Below, piece after piece: positions 18,925-28,003 of a stretch of 64,000 nt of DNA (positions are counted from its first letter, which is position 1; every line of letters begins with the position of its first letter). The stretch is from an uncultured bacterium (lineage in GTDB: Bacteria; Zixibacteria; MSB-5A5; UBA10806). The stretch is taken from the NCBI GenBank assembly GCA_965541585.1, contig CBEUCH010000002.1, forward strand, positions 160,001 to 224,000. The letters run 5' to 3'. Made by a program: the position numbers and the translations under genes. The notes under the pieces are model-generated. The model had not been told where the DNA came from. It saw only the letters and a program-made list of their open reading frames with translations, and did no database searches.

Positions 18925-20442
18925 ATGCGTGTACTGTTATTGAATCCTCCGTTTCTGGCGCCCGGAGATGCAGGTCTCGGATTGTCCTTTCCCATGGGTC
19001 TGGCATATCTGGGGGCGGCGTTAAAGAAAGCCGGTATCGAAGTGGAAGCCCTCGATGCGGCGGCGGAGGCCTCGCCTGTAGAGGTCGAAAAAGGTCTGAT
19101 GTGCTACGGCCTGGAGCCAGATGAACTTCATAAACGTATTGCAGATATCAAACCGGACGTGGTAGGCATAAGCTGTTTTTTCTCATCCCGTTTCCCGGCC
19201 GTGCTGGAAGCGGCCAAGATCATAAAAGAGATCGATAACAAGATAATAACCATAACGGGAGGAATACATCCGTCATTAATGCCCGAAGGCGTCTGCTCGC
19301 ATCCGGAGATCGATTTCGCCGCGGTCGGCGAGGGCGAGCGGATCATCGTTGACTTTGTCGATGCGGTATCCGGTGAAACATCTTTCGATGATATCGAGGG
19401 CCTGGCTTTCAAAAAGGATGGACAGGTCATCGTCAACTCCAGGAACAGCTATATAGAGGATCTCGATGACCTCGGCTTCCCCGCCTGGGACCTGTTCGAT
19501 ATGGAACGCTATCTCACTATAGGCGAAGGCCGCTGGGGATTGGGCTACGGCCGTTATGCCCCGGTTGTTACATCCCGCAGTTGCCCCTACCGATGCACCT
19601 TCTGCAGTATTCATTCGGTTATGGGGCCGAAATACCGCGCCCATTCCCCCGGTTATGTGGTCGATATGATCGAAACTCTCGTTAGGAAATACGGCGTCGA
19701 TGAGATCTCATTCGAGGACGACAATCTAACGTATGATAAGAATAGATTCGTTGATATCTGCAAAGGTATAGCGGATCGGCAGATAAAAATCCGCTGGAAT
19801 ACACCTAACGGCGTTCACGTGGGATCGCTGGATCGGGATTCGCTGGAATGGGCAAAAAAAGCCGGATGCGATTCGCTGAACCTGGCGGTTGAATCGGGCG
19901 ATGATTTCATCAGGAATAAAGTCATAAAGAAGGGCTTGAACTCTGAGAAGATCTACGAGGTCGCGGAGGCTTGCCGGGAGGCAGGGATCAGGGCCAACGC
20001 TTATTTTGTCATCGGGATGCCGGGCGAGACCGAGGATTCGATAAGTAAATCGCAAAAGTTTATCAGAGATCTCAAGTTCAATAACCTCTCCATATTCATC
20101 GCCACGCCGATGCCCGGCACGAAGCTATATGATGAATGTATCGAGAAGGGATATATCGACGTGGATTCGTTTGATACCGATTTCATCAGCTACCAGGCGA
20201 CGATCTTCACACAGCCGTCGATCCGGACGCCGGATTTCGACAGGGAAAAGATTATGATCTGGCGTCACCGTTTATACGTGGCCTATTACAGGGCGACGCT
20301 GAGAGACAGATTCTGGGGCTGGCTGTTCACCAGTCCCCGGGCCTGGGTATCGATGATGATGAAGATTGCGCTGTATGCCTTATTCGGAGCGCGGCGGAGC
20401 TATAAGCTGACGGAATTTATCAAGAGCCTGGTAAAAAGATAA
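18925..20442 (+). CDS. Cobalamin-binding radical SAM enzyme (class B methyltransferase-like)
   Basis: PMGLAYL, GGIHPS, GEGE, TSRSCPYRCTFC, EDDNL, VESG, IGMPGET, TPMPGTKLY. Confidence 0.92.
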   Translation: MRVLLLNPPFLAPGDAGLGLSFPMGLAYLGAALKKAGIEVEALDAAAEASPVEVEKGLMCYGLEPDELHKRIADIKPDVVGISCFFSSRFPAVLEAAKIIKEIDNKIITITGGIHPSLMPEGVCSHPEIDFAAVGEGERIIVDFVDAVSGETSFDDIEGLAFKKDGQVIVNSRNSYIEDLDDLGFPAWDLFDMERYLTIGEGRWGLGYGRYAPVVTSRSCPYRCTFCSIHSVMGPKYRAHSPGYVVDMIETLVRKYGVDEISFEDDNLTYDKNRFVDICKGIADRQIKIRWNTPNGVHVGSLDRDSLEWAKKAGCDSLNLAVESGDDFIRNKVIKKGLNSEKIYEVAEACREAGIRANAYFVIGMPGETEDSISKSQKFIRDLKFNNLSIFIATPMPGTKLYDECIEKGYIDVDSFDTDFISYQATIFTQPSIRTPDFDREKIMIWRHRLYVAYYRATLRDRFWGWLFTSPRAWVSMMMKIALYALFGARRSYKLTEFIKSLVKR

Positions 20443-20453
20443 ATCCGGCCTGT

Positions 20454-21227
20454 TTATCTCAGCAGGATCATTTTCCTATCGAACGTTCTATCGGGAGCGG
20501 TCATCCTGACAATATAGATGCCTGAGGCGACCGGCTTGCCGGCGCTGTTTTTGCCGTCCCAGACTGCCAGGTGGTATCCGGCCGGCATTACCCCATGGAC
20601 CGGGACGTCGACCCTTCGCCCGACTATATCGTAGATCACGATTTTGACCTCCGACTCCTCCGGCAGGCCGAATTTTATGCTGGTCGAAGAATTAAAGGGG
20701 TTGGGATAGTTCTTATCCAGAACGTAATCGGCGGGGATGGACAGCGGGTCTTCCTCCTCCAGGCCGGTAAGAGGCTCGCCTATTACCTCGACCTTCCAGT
20801 AATACCAGGTAACGACGCGGTCGGGAAACATATCGAAGCTGTTCATGACCCAGGGGCCGTAGGAATCCAGGCCGACGTAATCGTCGAGGTGGCCGGGGCC
20901 GTCCACCTCCCTGTCGGTGTCATACCAGAAAAAATACCAGTTCACGCGATCCCCGCCCCAGTCGTTGAGCCTGACAGTGGCTCCGCTGGGCGAAAATATG
21001 TCGATCCAGACCTGCTCCGCCCAGGCATTGTTTTCATCGGTTCCGATGGCGATGAAGAAGTTTATATCCTCTATCATGACATGGACCGGCACGAATATGG
21101 TATCTGATATGCCGGTGGAATCGAAATCGGGGATCTCCAGGTTGACGTCGGACCGATATTCATACCTGTCGCCGTAAGCCGGCGAGGCCAGAAGCAATAG
21201 CGCCGTAATAATAAATATATATTTCAT
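20454..21227 (-). CDS. Secreted protein 'P2': proprotein-convertase P-domain-like plus FlgD/T9SS-type C-terminal domain
   Basis: Signal peptide; IPD....GISDTI, SPSG.TV.L, G.LDDY.G....G.W; NYPNPFN...WDG.N..G..VASGIY. Confidence 0.75.
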   Translation of the reverse strand: MKYIFIITALLLLASPAYGDRYEYRSDVNLEIPDFDSTGISDTIFVPVHVMIEDINFFIAIGTDENNAWAEQVWIDIFSPSGATVRLNDWGGDRVNWYFFWYDTDREVDGPGHLDDYVGLDSYGPWVMNSFDMFPDRVVTWYYWKVEVIGEPLTGLEEEDPLSIPADYVLDKNYPNPFNSSTSIKFGLPEESEVKIVIYDIVGRRVDVPVHGVMPAGYHLAVWDGKNSAGKPVASGIYIVRMTAPDRTFDRKMILLR

Positions 21228-21976
21228 GGCATCACCTCCGGATCGATGAATTTGGTGATTTCGATGAGGTTGTATTTTTTCTCTCTGTCACCAGAAACAC
21301 CATACATGAATCGTGCATAGATCTGATAATTTCTAATCCTCATTTTGTTCGGTTTATCAACATATTCGAGAAAATAATTAATCTCCTCGTCGATCCGCTT
21401 GAACGCTTTTTCTTTAGCTATCATAAATGACGGCGAGATTTTTTCCACTTCCTTTTGCAAATTCGTCGCGTCGTATCTGAAATCGCCCGGGACAGCCCTG
21501 TAGAAAGAAAGGAATTTACCCAGCCAGCCGGATAAGACGTAGACGGTATCTCCGCGGGCATACTTGACATAGCATTCGCGCCGCCAAACCCCGCTATCGC
21601 CCATCGTAAATTCGTAACCGGTCAAGTTCTCCAGAACGAAATCATCGTAGTAAGTAGCGCGTATATTTCGCGTAAGTAAACTCTCGATCTCGGAAAATTC
21701 CGCATCTGTAAAGTTCGTAGTATCGGCGCCCTCCGGCGATCGGAAGTAATCAGCCGGGCTTTCAGGGTTTTCTCCCCTGGCCCAATCTTGTACTCCTATA
21801 CTAGCAATCGAAGATGGGAATATGCCGAGGTATATTTGCTGACTTCTGGAATATATTCTTATTGGCCCCACTAATCTAAATTCACTCTCACCTGCGTAAA
21901 CTGGTTGTAAAGAGAATAAAAGTAGCTGACCTATTATAATCCAGATTGCCTTATTTGTAAAAAATCGCCTTTTCAT
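21224..21976 (-). CDS. Secreted hypothetical protein 'X2'
   Basis: Signal peptide; paralog of 22780-23523 (QDW, DYFR.P.GADTT, YDDF.LENL.GYE.TMG, YARGDT.YV.SGWLGKFLSFYRAVPG). Confidence 0.8.
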   Translation of the reverse strand: MKRRFFTNKAIWIIIGQLLLFSLQPVYAGESEFRLVGPIRIYSRSQQIYLGIFPSSIASIGVQDWARGENPESPADYFRSPEGADTTNFTDAEFSEIESLLTRNIRATYYDDFVLENLTGYEFTMGDSGVWRRECYVKYARGDTVYVLSGWLGKFLSFYRAVPGDFRYDATNLQKEVEKISPSFMIAKEKAFKRIDEEINYFLEYVDKPNKMRIRNYQIYARFMYGVSGDREKKYNLIEITKFIDPEVMP

Positions 21977-22009
21977 GGCATCACATCCTCATCCATGAAT
22001 CCGGCCTGT

Positions 22010-22783
22010 TTATCTGAGCAGGATCATTTTCCTATCGAACGTTCTATCGGGTGCGGTCATCCTGATCATATAGATGCCTGAGGCGACCGGTTTGCCGGTG
22101 CTGTTTCTGCCGTCCCAGACTGCCACGTGGTATCCGGCCGGCATTACCCCATGGACCGGGACGTCGACCCTTCGCCCGACTATATCGTAGATCACGATTT
22201 TGACCTCCGACTCCTCCGGCAGGCCGAATTTTATGCTGGTCGAAGAATTAAAGGGGTTGGGATAGTTCTTATCCAGAACGTAATCGGCGGGGATGGACAG
22301 CGGGTCTTCCTCCTCCAGGCCGGTAAGAGGCTCGCCTATTACCTCGACCTTCCAGTAATACCAGGTAACGACGCGGTCGGGAAACATATCGAAGCTGTTC
22401 ATGACCCAGGGGCCGTAGGAATCCAGGCCGACGTAATCGTCGAGGTGGCCGGGGCCGTCCACCTCCCTGTCGGTGTCATACCAGAAAAAATACCAGTTCA
22501 CGCGATCCCCGCCCCAGTCGTTGAGCCTGACAGTGGCTCCGCTGGGCGAAAATATGTCGATCCAGACCTGCTCCGCCCAGGCATTGTTTTCATCGGTTCC
22601 GATGGCGATGAAGAAGTTTATATCCTCTATCATGACATGGACCGGCACGAATATGGTATCTGATATGCCGGTGGAATCGAAATCGGGGATCTCCAGGTTG
22701 ACGTCGGACCGATATTCATACCTGTCGCCGTAAGCCGGCGAGGCCAAACGCAATAGCGCCGGTATAATGATTAAATACCTCAT
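22010..22783 (-). CDS. Secreted protein 'P1', near-identical copy of 20454-21227
   Basis: 257 aa; differs from P2 only in the signal peptide and about 5 C-terminal residues. Confidence 0.8.
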   Translation of the reverse strand: MRYLIIIPALLRLASPAYGDRYEYRSDVNLEIPDFDSTGISDTIFVPVHVMIEDINFFIAIGTDENNAWAEQVWIDIFSPSGATVRLNDWGGDRVNWYFFWYDTDREVDGPGHLDDYVGLDSYGPWVMNSFDMFPDRVVTWYYWKVEVIGEPLTGLEEEDPLSIPADYVLDKNYPNPFNSSTSIKFGLPEESEVKIVIYDIVGRRVDVPVHGVMPAGYHVAVWDGRNSTGKPVASGIYMIRMTAPDRTFDRKMILLR

Positions 22784-23523
22784 GGTATTACATCCTCGTC
22801 TATGAATCTGGTTACTTCTATTAAATTATATTTTAATGTCTCGCCCTGCCTGGTGTCATCAAAGATGAAGGTTGCATCTACCAGATAGTTCCTGACCCGC
22901 ATCATGTTTTCCTTATCAACGTATTCGAGCAGGTAGTTGCGTTCCTCGTCGATTTGCTTAAAAGACTTCCCTTTGGTTTTCCGATACGAAGGTGAAATAA
23001 GTTCAACCTGATTCTGCAATTCGTCAATATCATATCTGAAATTGCCCGGAACGGCCCTATAAAATGAAAGAAACTTCCCCAGCCAGCCGGATATGACATA
23101 TATTGTATCTCCCCGGGCATAATAAATGTGGTATTCGCGCCTGTGAACAGATCCTTTGCCCATGGTGTATTCATAGCCGTCTAAGTTTTCCAGGATAAAG
23201 TCATCGTAAAAGGAGTTATAGACGTTTTCTGTCAGCAACTCTCTTACTTCCGAAAATTCTCTGTCTATAATGGTCGTTGTATCGGCGCCATCGGGCTCCC
23301 GGAAATAATCACCGGGGGTCTTGGGAAATCGCTGCCGTATCCAGTCTTGCATATTTCCATCCGGCATTGGAAATTGATATGGGGTTAGATAATGAATATG
23401 GAGTGTATAGCCCTCCAGCGGTCTCTTTATGATCTTGAGCTCGCTGTCCGCCGCAACGGAGCTTTGAAGCAAGTTAATTGAGAACCATAACATTAGAACA
23501 TATTTAGCTTTTGAGATCATCAT
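22780..23523 (-). CDS. Secreted hypothetical protein 'X1'
   Basis: GGAGGAG SD next to ATGATG 23523/23520; signal peptide; paralog of X2. Confidence 0.75.
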   Translation of the reverse strand: MMISKAKYVLMLWFSINLLQSSVAADSELKIIKRPLEGYTLHIHYLTPYQFPMPDGNMQDWIRQRFPKTPGDYFREPDGADTTTIIDREFSEVRELLTENVYNSFYDDFILENLDGYEYTMGKGSVHRREYHIYYARGDTIYVISGWLGKFLSFYRAVPGNFRYDIDELQNQVELISPSYRKTKGKSFKQIDEERNYLLEYVDKENMMRVRNYLVDATFIFDDTRQGETLKYNLIEVTRFIDEDVIP

Positions 23524-23542
23524 CTCCTCCAAAAGATAGTAA

Positions 23543-25519
23543 TTAAGGATGATAGAAATTAGTATGATGAACATCCACATGCGGAGGAACTGGACGTTGC
23601 GGAGTATATTCCGGCCAATCATAATAGGTCGGTTCAAAAGGCGGTGGTTCATCGTGAGAATAGGGAGGATTCCAGGTCCGCGGGTGAAGATAATACTTCC
23701 ACCACGAGTCATAGTTCGCCCTAGTGTCTGCGACTTCCAAAGCTGCATCACACAGCATGCCAGCCGCATAGCTCGTTACATGGTAGTTAAAGGGCCATTC
23801 CTTAGTGGTGCCGTTGCATGACGTTAGCTCCTTGCTAAGGATACACACGCGGCCGTAAGTTAAAGAGTATATCCAGAAAAGCCGATATTCCGTACCAAGG
23901 AAAGTGGCGCTATTATAAATAGTAACCGAGTTAGCGGGAATGCCGATACTTTTGTAGAGATATGTTAAGAGATTAGCATAATCGGCGCATTGCCCTATTC
24001 TTTGCCTTATCACGTCCAGAGGATCTGGAAAAACAGGATGATTTGGATTATAAGTCCATCCCTCACCATAAACGCCGCCTACACCCAACTCGGCGATTGC
24101 AGATGGCTCGTTTTCTCCCTGCGCGTAATCACAGATCTTATCCAGTGCGATTATGTTAATCTCTGCCAGCAGGGGCGTATCGTAAGTAAGATATATCTTG
24201 TGAGAACTGCTGTTCATAAATTTGAAATTGTTTAGATCCGGATTGCCGACTTTATTTCCATACCAGTTATAATTAAGAGGGTCGATTATCCCCACATAAT
24301 CGGGGAAAGGGCCGTCCCTCGGGGCAACATAGCATATGGTGCTGAGATTGGTCGAGTTGAAATTGCCTTCATAGATTCCTGTAGAATATGTACCCTGGCC
24401 AGAGCCGCCTGCACCCATAATCCAGTACTGGAAGTCATGGTAAGGCGTTCTGTTGGACTCGACCACGACATTCATTGAGAGCGTATTTTCCCTTATGTAA
24501 GCAACGGGCTCGTTTTTTGTATCCTTTATCCAGACCGGGTCCAATATAGGTACACCGCTACCCGATCCCGGTGTGGGCCCGGGGCCGTCTTGGGAAAGAT
24601 CTTCATCGAACTCGAAGCTTATTTCTTCCACCCATAATACAAAGTTAGCAATGGGGAGTATATCTTCGGGTCCTGTCGATGGTTCCTGGCTCTCGCAAAA
24701 AGATAATATCGGGGTGGCTATTATTTCACCCTGGCTGAAGGGTGGAAGAGTCTGTTCGGGATCTCCGATGATGTCAAGAAAGAGCCCCTCCATCAATCTT
24801 CCACTGTACGTCGCTGTATTCCATTGGGAACCTTCAAGTGGGAGATTTATAATTATGGAGTCCGAAGTCAGATCAGACTTTAGTTTTACTCCTACCGCCT
24901 GTGCCGGTTCATCACCCTCAAAATCAGCTGCGACCTGTATAGCAACCGCCTCCATGGCATCAAATATATCGTTGTATTGTATCTCAGAAAAGTCCTTATT
25001 CAAAAACCGTATATCCGTAAATTCCATAATAGGTATATCATCCTCTTCGGGATAATCGAATTCCTGACTGAATACTTCTATTCCCTTAAATACTACAATG
25101 AATTTCCCTTTACCCCATAGAGGATGAAGTACAGTATAGGCATCGCATGAGTGGGAATATAAGTTAGGACAGCCAAAGCAGCCTATGTTTTCAGGGCAAT
25201 CAGCGGGAGAGCCGCAAATTACCATGCAGGCATGTTTCAGGTTTTCTGTCGGGTGAAGCAGTCCGGCAAGCTCATCTCCGCACTCCCGCCTGAGAATGAA
25301 TTCCACCGGCTGATCACATCCATCCTCGAAGGTTGCGAATATGTCTATACGAAGCTCTATCCAGCCGCCAATGGGTTCCCGAGGTCTCATATCTATCAAG
25401 GTCACGAACAACATGTCAAAGCTGCCCCCGCCGCAACAAGATGTTGGGCAACCACTCTGAGCAAAAGATGTCCCTGAAATAGAGATTAATGCAATCATCG
25501 AAAAGAATATAGTTTTCAT
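23543..25519 (-). CDS. Secreted Cys-rich protein with C-terminal transglutaminase-like domain
   Basis: Signal peptide; GQCADYANLL..LYKSIGIPA, FNYHV, LCDA (Cys-His-Asp triad pattern). Confidence 0.7.
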   Translation of the reverse strand: MKTIFFSMIALISISGTSFAQSGCPTSCCGGGSFDMLFVTLIDMRPREPIGGWIELRIDIFATFEDGCDQPVEFILRRECGDELAGLLHPTENLKHACMVICGSPADCPENIGCFGCPNLYSHSCDAYTVLHPLWGKGKFIVVFKGIEVFSQEFDYPEEDDIPIMEFTDIRFLNKDFSEIQYNDIFDAMEAVAIQVAADFEGDEPAQAVGVKLKSDLTSDSIIINLPLEGSQWNTATYSGRLMEGLFLDIIGDPEQTLPPFSQGEIIATPILSFCESQEPSTGPEDILPIANFVLWVEEISFEFDEDLSQDGPGPTPGSGSGVPILDPVWIKDTKNEPVAYIRENTLSMNVVVESNRTPYHDFQYWIMGAGGSGQGTYSTGIYEGNFNSTNLSTICYVAPRDGPFPDYVGIIDPLNYNWYGNKVGNPDLNNFKFMNSSSHKIYLTYDTPLLAEINIIALDKICDYAQGENEPSAIAELGVGGVYGEGWTYNPNHPVFPDPLDVIRQRIGQCADYANLLTYLYKSIGIPANSVTIYNSATFLGTEYRLFWIYSLTYGRVCILSKELTSCNGTTKEWPFNYHVTSYAAGMLCDAALEVADTRANYDSWWKYYLHPRTWNPPYSHDEPPPFEPTYYDWPEYTPQRPVPPHVDVHHTNFYHP

Positions 25520-25568
25520 CTTTGTCTGCCTCCGCTATAAAGCAGTTCAAATATACTTTCTAACGGAA

Positions 25569-25596
25569 ATTATATTTATGCAGACCCTTTTGTCAA
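25569..25596 (-). promoter_or_regulatory. Sigma70 promoter of the secreted-protein operon
   Basis: Minus strand TTGACA-16nt-TATAAT; GGAGG SD at 25528-25532. Confidence 0.65.
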
Positions 25597-26031
25597 GTTT
25601 ATTTTCATATTTTTTTCATATAAGCGATTCCTGCCGGTACTTTCATGCTTTTCACCGTGATATTCGATTCCCGGCATAGCTAACGGGCGCTTTCTTTTTT
25701 CAGAAACTACCCGCGCCGGTTCTTAGTTCTGACCAGAGAAATATGAACCTGTGTCTCCGGCTTGAGTTACGGTCGAAACCCAAAAGATCGCGGATTTGAT
25801 GTCGAAAAACAGTAAAGTGGATTGACAATGCCGACATTAGGAATATATTGGTTGATTATTGCGAATTCGAAAGATCTCTTTGATTGAGAATAGACCGTCA
25901 ATATCCGGAGGATAGATGCCAGCAAAGCAGACTTTGAAAAAACCAAAGATAGAGAAGATCGGTGTGCCTGAAGAAGCGTATTGCGACGTTTATTCCGACG
26001 CATTTCCGGTTGCAAGGGACGAGCGATAGCC

Positions 26032-26526
26032 ATGGCCGCTGAAAAATCGCTGTCGCCAAAACGCCCATCGGAATCCGAGGTTTCCATGACCGAATTGGTG
26101 ATTCCCAACGACGCCAATATCCTCGGCAATGTCCTTGGCGGTCGGGTTATGCACTGGATCGACTTGGCTGCGGCTACCGCCGCTCATCGCCATTGCAACA
26201 GTCTCTGTGTTACGGCTGCAATAGAGGGTTTATCGTTTTTAAGTCCCATAAAGGTCGGATACTTAGCACACTTGAAGGCGCAGGTAGTGTGTGTCGGTAA
26301 AACGTCGTTGATAGTAAAAGTCCTGGTTCATTCGGAGAATATGGATACTGGTTCCATAAAGAAAACATCGGAGGCATACCTGACTTTCGTCTCTCTCGAT
26401 AAGAATGGTAAGCCAAAGGCTGTTCCGCCATTGACGCTTGAAACCGATGAAGAAGAAGCAGAATGCCAGAGAGCCAAAGAGATTCGAAAGAAGAGTCTTC
26501 AGATAAGAGGACTGGAGAAGGAGTGA
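26032..26526 (+). CDS. Acyl-CoA thioesterase (hotdog fold, YciA-like)
   Basis: PNDAN.LGN..GG..M.WID.AA, F..PI.VG, VG.TS, AYLTFV.LD..GKP..VP. Confidence 0.92.
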   Translation: MAAEKSLSPKRPSESEVSMTELVIPNDANILGNVLGGRVMHWIDLAAATAAHRHCNSLCVTAAIEGLSFLSPIKVGYLAHLKAQVVCVGKTSLIVKVLVHSENMDTGSIKKTSEAYLTFVSLDKNGKPKAVPPLTLETDEEEAECQRAKEIRKKSLQIRGLEKE

Positions 26527-26709
26527 AAAAGACCACATATATCGAAGTCATCACCGAGGCGCTGGGCGAGGAGTTGGTCGGGATCTCCCGTTACACGTGT
26601 TTGCGGTCTGGACGTTCCGATGCTGCTGTTCGCACCGCCAATGGAGCACTGTTTCCTGCCCAATGCCGAGAAGATCGCCGGGGCCGCCGGGGAAATGATG
26701 GATTATTAA
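26523..26709 (+). pseudogene. Remnant of 2-oxoacid dehydrogenase E1 beta subunit (large internal deletion)
   Basis: GTG-start KKTTYIEVITEALGEEL (E1-beta N-terminus) joined out of frame to SPVTRVCGLDVPMLLFAPPMEHCFLPNAEKIA...DY* (E1-beta C-terminus), directly before E2. Confidence 0.8.
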
Positions 26710-26716
26710 GGGAGGG

Positions 26717-28003
26717 ATGATGGATTTCAAAATTGTAGTGCCCCCCCTGGGGGAGTCGGTAGTCGAGGGTACAATAGTCAAGTGGCTTAAGAATGAGGGC
26801 GATTCCGTTAAGATAGACGAGGCGCTGGTGGAGATTATGACCGACAAGATCAATATAGAGATACCATCGTCTCATAACGGTGTTATGAAAAAGCATCTCG
26901 TAACAGTGGACACGGTGGTGGAGATCGGCTCCGAGATTGCAATCCTTGAAATAGAAGGCGAGGGCATCGAAACCAAAGCGTTAGAGACAGCGGCGGACGA
27001 TGGCGAAGAGCATATCCCCGCCGAGCAGGAAACATCTGCGGCGGCGGAGGAATTCGTTGCTATCACGGCTCACCACGAGAAGATGGGTATTCATGCGGAT
27101 AAGGAATCTATAGAGGCGGGCATAAAGGCGGTAAAATCATCACCGCTGGTTCGACGTTTGGCCCGGGAGCATTTCATCGATCTGCGTATGGTTCACGGTA
27201 CCGGCAAAAACAGCCGCGTCACTAAAGAGGACGTCATCAAATATATAGACAGCCGTCACACCGTGGATAAGAAAAGGGCGGATTTCATGTGGCCCGATGC
27301 GGAACCGGAGGAGATTATACCTGTTACCGGCGTACGTAAAGTGATAGCCGAGCACATGGTCAAAGCGGCATTCTCTATCCCCCATGTAACCACGTTCGAC
27401 GAATGCGATATGACCAAACTGGTCTCATGGCGCAGGAATTATGTCGATAAAATCGAGCAGGAACATGGTGTCAGGATAACTTATCTCCCCTTTATCGCCA
27501 AGGCGATCATATTCGCGGCTAAGGATTTCCCGTGGATTAACGCCACCTTCGTGGGCGATAACCTGCATGTCAAAAAATACTTTAATATAGGTATCGCGGT
27601 GGGCAGGGAGAATTCTCTTATTGTTCCCGTAGTCAAGCATTGTGAGCAGAAATCGATTATCCAGATCGCCAAAGAGATGAGGAAGCTTGGCGAGAAAGCC
27701 AACGACGATACGCTGACCCTGGAGGAGATCACCGGCGGAACGATTACAATTACCAACGCCGGCATGTATGGAGCGACAGCGTCGACCCCCATTATTGCTC
27801 ATCCGCAGGTGGCCATACTGGGGGTTCATAAGATCACTGAGAAACCAGTGGTACGCGACGGAGAAATGGTCATCAGGCCGATATTGAATTTTGGCCTGTC
27901 GTTCGACCATCGGGTAGTGGACGGTGCTTACGCAGTGCAATTTTTACGCAGGATGATAGAACATTTAGAGGATGTTGATAGCTGGCTGATCGGGGTGATG
28001 TGA
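26717..28003 (+). CDS. Dihydrolipoamide acyltransferase (E2) of a 2-oxoacid dehydrogenase
   Basis: Lipoyl domain P.LGESV.EGTI..W...MTDKI, E3-binding SPLVRRLAREH, catalytic FDHRVVDG. Confidence 0.93.
   Translation: MMDFKIVVPPLGESVVEGTIVKWLKNEGDSVKIDEALVEIMTDKINIEIPSSHNGVMKKHLVTVDTVVEIGSEIAILEIEGEGIETKALETAADDGEEHIPAEQETSAAAEEFVAITAHHEKMGIHADKESIEAGIKAVKSSPLVRRLAREHFIDLRMVHGTGKNSRVTKEDVIKYIDSRHTVDKKRADFMWPDAEPEEIIPVTGVRKVIAEHMVKAAFSIPHVTTFDECDMTKLVSWRRNYVDKIEQEHGVRITYLPFIAKAIIFAAKDFPWINATFVGDNLHVKKYFNIGIAVGRENSLIVPVVKHCEQKSIIQIAKEMRKLGEKANDDTLTLEEITGGTITITNAGMYGATASTPIIAHPQVAILGVHKITEKPVVRDGEMVIRPILNFGLSFDHRVVDGAYAVQFLRRMIEHLEDVDSWLIGVM

Larger units (their letters stand above)
20442..22783. 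repeat. Direct repeat of ~785 bp (20442-21227 and 21998-22783), offset 1556 bp
   Basis: Core 20571-21190 vs 22127-22746 appears identical; antisense ORF translations of the two copies are also identical. Confidence 0.92.

Noticed and set aside
20454..22783. Diversity-generating retroelement (TR/VR pair)
   Set aside because: Differences between P1 and P2 are not adenine-specific, both copies are whole genes, and no reverse transcriptase is in the window
23524..23769. Long N-terminal extension of X1 given in the ORF track
   Set aside because: Overlaps the 658-aa gene; the SD, signal peptide and X2 paralog support a start at 23523/23520
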